DNA of 30,808 nucleotides from an uncultured Planctomycetia bacterium (GTDB taxonomy: Bacteria > Omnitrophota > Gorgyraeia > Kaelpiales > Kaelpiaceae). Below are positions 27,402 through 30,808 of this stretch, piece by piece. The stretch's first letter is position 1; each line of letters opens with the position of its first letter. Both the position numbers and the translations under genes were made by a program. Below the pieces are notes generated by a model, which was not told the origin of the DNA, made no database searches, and saw nothing but the letters and a program-made list of their open reading frames with translations. Where the stretch lies: the NCBI GenBank assembly GCA_964422895.1, contig CAYRCW010000003.1, positions 1 through 30,808 on the forward strand. Direction: 5' to 3'.

Positions 27402-28466
27402 TTAAGCTCTTGGATAAGAACCTAATATTTTTAAATTAGAGGTTACACTGGCAAGCTCCGAGAGAGCTTTGGCCACCTTAATATCTTTACAGTGTCCTTC
27501 TATATCAACAAAGAAATAGTAGTCCCAGGCTTTCTTCTTCGAAGGACGAGACTCTATCTTGGTTAAATTGATATCATGTCTTTTAAAAGGAAGTAGCATT
27601 GCATGTAAAGCCCCTGTCTTATCTTTAACCGAAAACATAACAGAGGTCCTATCTCTACCGGTAGACTTTGCAAGTGTCTCTCCTATAACTAAAAATCTTG
27701 TTACATTAGATGGAGCATCTTCAATTGAAGTTGCAATAGTACTTAGATTATATATATCCTTAGCCATCTTACTTGCTATGCATCCGGAATCTCTCTCTTT
27801 TGCCGCTATCTGAGCAGCCCTAGCAGTAGAAGAAGCCTCAATAAGATCAACCCCGTGAGCATTGCTTTCTAACCATTTTCTACATTGACCAAAAACCTCA
27901 GACTTAGAGTAAATCTTGTTTATATTTTTCATACTCTTTGATTTTGATAAAAGAGAATGTGTTATCTTTAAGTATATTTCAGAACAGATACTTAACTCTG
28001 AATCAACAAACATATCTAAAGTATGGTTTACAGCACCTTCAAAAGAGTTCTCAATCGGCACAACTCCGAAATCCGCATTACCTTTCTCTACTTCATTAAA
28101 AATATCAGTTATCACACTGCATTCTATATACTTAACTGAAGAACCAAATTTTTTAAGTGCAGCTAGTTGTGTAAAAGTAGCTTCCGGACCTAAAAAGGCT
28201 ACTCTTATCTCTTTTTCAAGGGCTAAAGAAGAAGACATTATCTCACGATATATATATTCCAGAGAATCTTTTGGTATCGGACCCTTGTTGTATCCTTTAA
28301 TCTTTTTGTAAACCTCCTGCTCTCTTTCAGGAACATATATACTTCTATTGTTTTTCTTTTTTATCTTTCCAATATCAGTAATCAATCTTGCTCTTCCATT
28401 AAGAAGGCCAACTATCTTTCTATCTAAATCATCAATCTTCTTTCTGATCTCTGGTATCTTCATCAT
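27402..28466 (-). CDS. pheA: Bifunctional chorismate mutase / prephenate dehydratase (P-protein)
   Basis: RKKIDDLD...LLNGRA chorismate mutase domain, FLGPEATF, VPIENS.EG, NVTRF, ACT domain with LTKIESRP, FFVD. Confidence 0.96.
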   Translation of the reverse strand: MMKIPEIRKKIDDLDRKIVGLLNGRARLITDIGKIKKKNNRSIYVPEREQEVYKKIKGYNKGPIPKDSLEYIYREIMSSSLALEKEIRVAFLGPEATFTQLAALKKFGSSVKYIECSVITDIFNEVEKGNADFGVVPIENSFEGAVNHTLDMFVDSELSICSEIYLKITHSLLSKSKSMKNINKIYSKSEVFGQCRKWLESNAHGVDLIEASSTARAAQIAAKERDSGCIASKMAKDIYNLSTIATSIEDAPSNVTRFLVIGETLAKSTGRDRTSVMFSVKDKTGALHAMLLPFKRHDINLTKIESRPSKKKAWDYYFFVDIEGHCKDIKVAKALSELASVTSNLKILGSYPRA

Positions 28467-28995
28467 TTTCTTGCTCCATTTTTACGAATTCATCTAAATC
28501 AGGTAACTCCTCCAAAGAGTTCAACCCAAAATACTCTAAAAACATCTTCGTGGTCGCATACATCAACGGTTTGCCTATAACATCCTTCCTGCCAGTAATC
28601 TTAACTAAGCCTTTCTCTAATAATTTTCTCATAACTCCATCGACATCAACACCTCTAATCTGAGTTATCTCTGGCTTTGTAATAGGCTGCTTATAAGATA
28701 CTATCGCAAGAGTTTCAAGCGCAGCCTTAGACAGTTTTCCTTTGCGTCCACCCTGAAAAAACTTTCTCAACCACGGAGCATATATAGGATCTGTAACGAG
28801 CTGGAAACCTCCAGCAACTTCACGAATCCTAAAGCTATGCTTCTCTTCATACTCTCTTTTTAATTCATCTATATTTGATTTAATTTCTGTTTTATCAACC
28901 TCTATAACAGCTTTTATCTGTTCTACCGACAATGGCTTATCAGCTACAAATAGAAGAGCTTCGATTATACTTTTTATTTGAGTTCTATCTTCCAT
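28432..28995 (-). CDS. scpB: SMC-Scp complex subunit ScpB
   Basis: IEALLF, REVAGGFQL.T, LSKAALETLAIVSYKQPITK.EI..IRGV, G.PLMYATT..FLEYFGL.SLEELP. Confidence 0.96.
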   Translation of the reverse strand: MEDRTQIKSIIEALLFVADKPLSVEQIKAVIEVDKTEIKSNIDELKREYEEKHSFRIREVAGGFQLVTDPIYAPWLRKFFQGGRKGKLSKAALETLAIVSYKQPITKPEITQIRGVDVDGVMRKLLEKGLVKITGRKDVIGKPLMYATTKMFLEYFGLNSLEELPDLDEFVKMEQENDEDTRDQKED

Positions 28996-29740
28996 TGCTA
29001 CTTAAAGTTGGTAATGGTTTAAATATTTTAATCTCTCCAAAAAGACCGATTTGTCTTATCATAATTTTTTTCAATCTTATCAATTCCAATAAAGCTAAGA
29101 AAAAAACAACCGCCTCAATTCTGCTTCTTATTCTAGCCCATACATTATTAAAATAAATTACACCTTTTCTGTCTAAAAGAGAGATTACAAACTCCATCTT
29201 CTCTTCAACTGTATGCTCTTCATCCAAAACAACTTTAAAATCATCTTTAGGTATATTCTTTAGAGCATCTGTAAAAGCAGCTATGAGATCAAAAATACTG
29301 GCCTCAAAACCTTCACGAGACACATCTTCACCTTTGGTTAAATCAATATCCGACTTAGGCAGAAACCTTTTAAAGATCTCGCTCCCCTCTTCTTCTTTAT
29401 CTCTCAATAGTCCTGCCGCTTCTTTAAACTTTTTGTACTCCATGAGTCTATTAATAAGCTCTTCTCTAGGATCATCGTCTGGTATCTCATCGTCTAGCAC
29501 AACATCTTCTTGAGGCAACAACATCCGTGATTTTATAAATAAAAGAGTTGCAGCCATAACAAGAAAATCTCCTATAATATCTAAATCCAAATCCTGCATC
29601 ACTTTAAGATATTCTAAATATTGATTCGTTATATCAGCAATAGGTATATCATAGATACTAACCTCATTCTTTTTTATTAAATATAATAAAAGATCTAATG
29701 GGCCTTCGAATATCTTAAGTCTTACCTTGTAATCATTCAT
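28985..29740 (-). CDS. scpA: SMC-Scp complex kleisin subunit ScpA
   Basis: FEGPLDLLLYLI, IADITNQYL, DFLVMAATL..IKSRMLLP, DPREEL..RL.EYKKFK, FLALLEL. Confidence 0.96.
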   Translation of the reverse strand: MNDYKVRLKIFEGPLDLLLYLIKKNEVSIYDIPIADITNQYLEYLKVMQDLDLDIIGDFLVMAATLLFIKSRMLLPQEDVVLDDEIPDDDPREELINRLMEYKKFKEAAGLLRDKEEEGSEIFKRFLPKSDIDLTKGEDVSREGFEASIFDLIAAFTDALKNIPKDDFKVVLDEEHTVEEKMEFVISLLDRKGVIYFNNVWARIRSRIEAVVFFLALLELIRLKKIMIRQIGLFGEIKIFKPLPTLSSNGR

Positions 29741-30717
29741 AGACCTATAGCCTCTCTAACTTCAGAGATAGTCTTACTAGCAACCTCCCTAGCTCGTATT
29801 GCTCCATCTCTAAGTAAATCTTTAAGGTAGCTCGTGTCAGAACTCAAGGATTCTCTCTTATCCTGAAGAGGCTTGAGATACTCAATAAGTAACTCTGAAA
29901 ATCTCTCTTTATCTTCGACGCATCCTATCTTAGCTGCCTTGCATTCTCTGCTAACATCACGAGCCTTATCAGGAGAGAACAGCTCATAATACTTGTAGAC
30001 ATTGCAGACTTCAGGCCTTCCCGGATCTTGACGTTTTATTCTTTGAGGATCCGTAAACATCCCTTTAACCTTCTCTCTTATAACATCAGGCTTATCAGAC
30101 AAGGCAATAGAATTGCCATAGCTTTTAGACATCTTACGTCCATCTAAACCTAAGATCTTCGAAGTTTTTGCAAGTAAAGCTTCTGGCTCAGGGAAGATAT
30201 TCTTACCAAACAGATGATGGAATCTCCTTACCAGCTCTCTTGCAAACTCCAGATGCGGAAGCTGATCTTCGCCTACAGGAACACTCTCTGCCTTATAAAG
30301 CAAGATATCAGCAGCTTGAAGTACTGGATAACCAAGAAAACCATGAGTGCTTAAATCTCTATCTTTTAATTCTTTTATCTGCTCTTTGTATGTCGGACAT
30401 CTTTGAAGCCATCCCAAGGGGGTTATAATAGAAAATATAAGATTTAACTCTGCATGCTCTAAAACGTCGGACTGTTTAAATATTACCGACTTCTCAGGGT
30501 CTAAACCAGCAGAGAGCCAATCTTTGAGATTATCCAAAGAATATTCTGCTATTTTTTTTGAATTGGCATACTCACCCATCAATGCATGCCAATCAGCAAT
30601 CATGAAAAAACATTCGTATTCTTCTTGAAGTTTTACCCAGTTACCTAAAGCCCCAAGAAGATGACCCAGATGTAAGGGGCCTGTCGGCCTCATTCCGGAT
30701 AAAATTCTCTTCTTCAT
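29737..30717 (-). CDS. trpS: Tryptophanyl-tRNA synthetase
   Basis: SGMRPTG.LHLGH, ADWHAL, YPVLQAADIL, VPVGEDQ.PHLE, KMSKSYGN. Confidence 0.97.
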   Translation of the reverse strand: MKKRILSGMRPTGPLHLGHLLGALGNWVKLQEEYECFFMIADWHALMGEYANSKKIAEYSLDNLKDWLSAGLDPEKSVIFKQSDVLEHAELNLIFSIITPLGWLQRCPTYKEQIKELKDRDLSTHGFLGYPVLQAADILLYKAESVPVGEDQLPHLEFARELVRRFHHLFGKNIFPEPEALLAKTSKILGLDGRKMSKSYGNSIALSDKPDVIREKVKGMFTDPQRIKRQDPGRPEVCNVYKYYELFSPDKARDVSRECKAAKIGCVEDKERFSELLIEYLKPLQDKRESLSSDTSYLKDLLRDGAIRAREVASKTISEVREAIGL

Positions 30718-30808
30718 CAGACTTCAATCATAGTATATGCTTCTATGATATCTCCTTCGGTTATATCGTTGTAACCTTCTAAGCCTATACCGCATTCATA
30801 ACCTTCGG
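30717..30808 (-). CDS. infB: 3' end of translation initiation factor IF-2 (partial, runs off the window; not in ORF track)
   Basis: 30806-30717 translates EGYECGIGLEGYNDITEGDIIEAYTMIEV*, matching the IF-2 C-terminal consensus GxECG...NDI.EGD.IEAY. Its TGA overlaps the trpS ATG (TGATG). Confidence 0.9.
   Translation of the reverse strand, partial: EGYECGIGLEGYNDITEGDIIEAYTMIEV

Noticed and set aside
6809-30428. All 13 plus-strand ORFs in the track (6809, 8812, 9541, 16585, 18051, 20312, 21783, 23874, 26236, 27559, 27916, 28932, 29283 starts) plus the one at 30168
   Set aside because: They are antisense shadows of well-conserved minus-strand genes, Ser/Leu/Ile/Phe-rich as expected from reverse-complemented codons, with no recognisable motifs.
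1-30808. Search for CRISPR arrays, IS or integrase genes, inteins, programmed frameshifts and riboswitches
   Set aside because: No direct-repeat arrays, transposase or integrase motifs, oversized insertions or leader regions are visible; gene lengths are normal apart from those reported.

Overview
AT-rich (roughly one-third G+C by eye, not computed), densely packed bacterial housekeeping region in which every credible gene lies on the minus strand. In transcription order (right to left): 3' end of infB, trpS, scpA, scpB, pheA, hisC, aroF, tyrA, cmk, plsC, ispH, rpsA, tyrS, a pabB-pabC fusion; then an internal sigma70-like promoter followed by an internally deleted yggS remnant (absent from the ORF track), proC, yggT, a purine nucleoside phosphorylase, ileS, dksA/traR, lspA, rluD, an uncharacterised membrane-anchored coiled-coil protein and aroA; then a second promoter followed by mreB, mreC, mreD, mrdA, rodA, a TIGR03960-type radical SAM gene, pilT and a short TIGR03936/DUF2344 gene; finally tRNA-Met(CAT) with its own promoter. 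I found no mobile element, CRISPR array, rRNA or defence island. Gene content suggests a diderm MEP-pathway organism, possibly Omnitrophota/PVC-like (low-confidence inference). The most notable signals are: (1) an orphan pilT splitting the TIGR03960/TIGR03936 pair at the end of the cell-elongation operon, with both partners apparently C-terminally trimmed; (2) a yggS gene reduced to its two ends; (3) an unknown protein with MreC-like architecture; (4) an Asn-to-Asp specificity variant of PNP; (5) a 47% acidic tail on ribosomal protein S1; (6) rearrangements that moved aroA and removed rbfA from their usual positions. Family assignments come from motif recognition and recalled consensus sequences; no searches were run.
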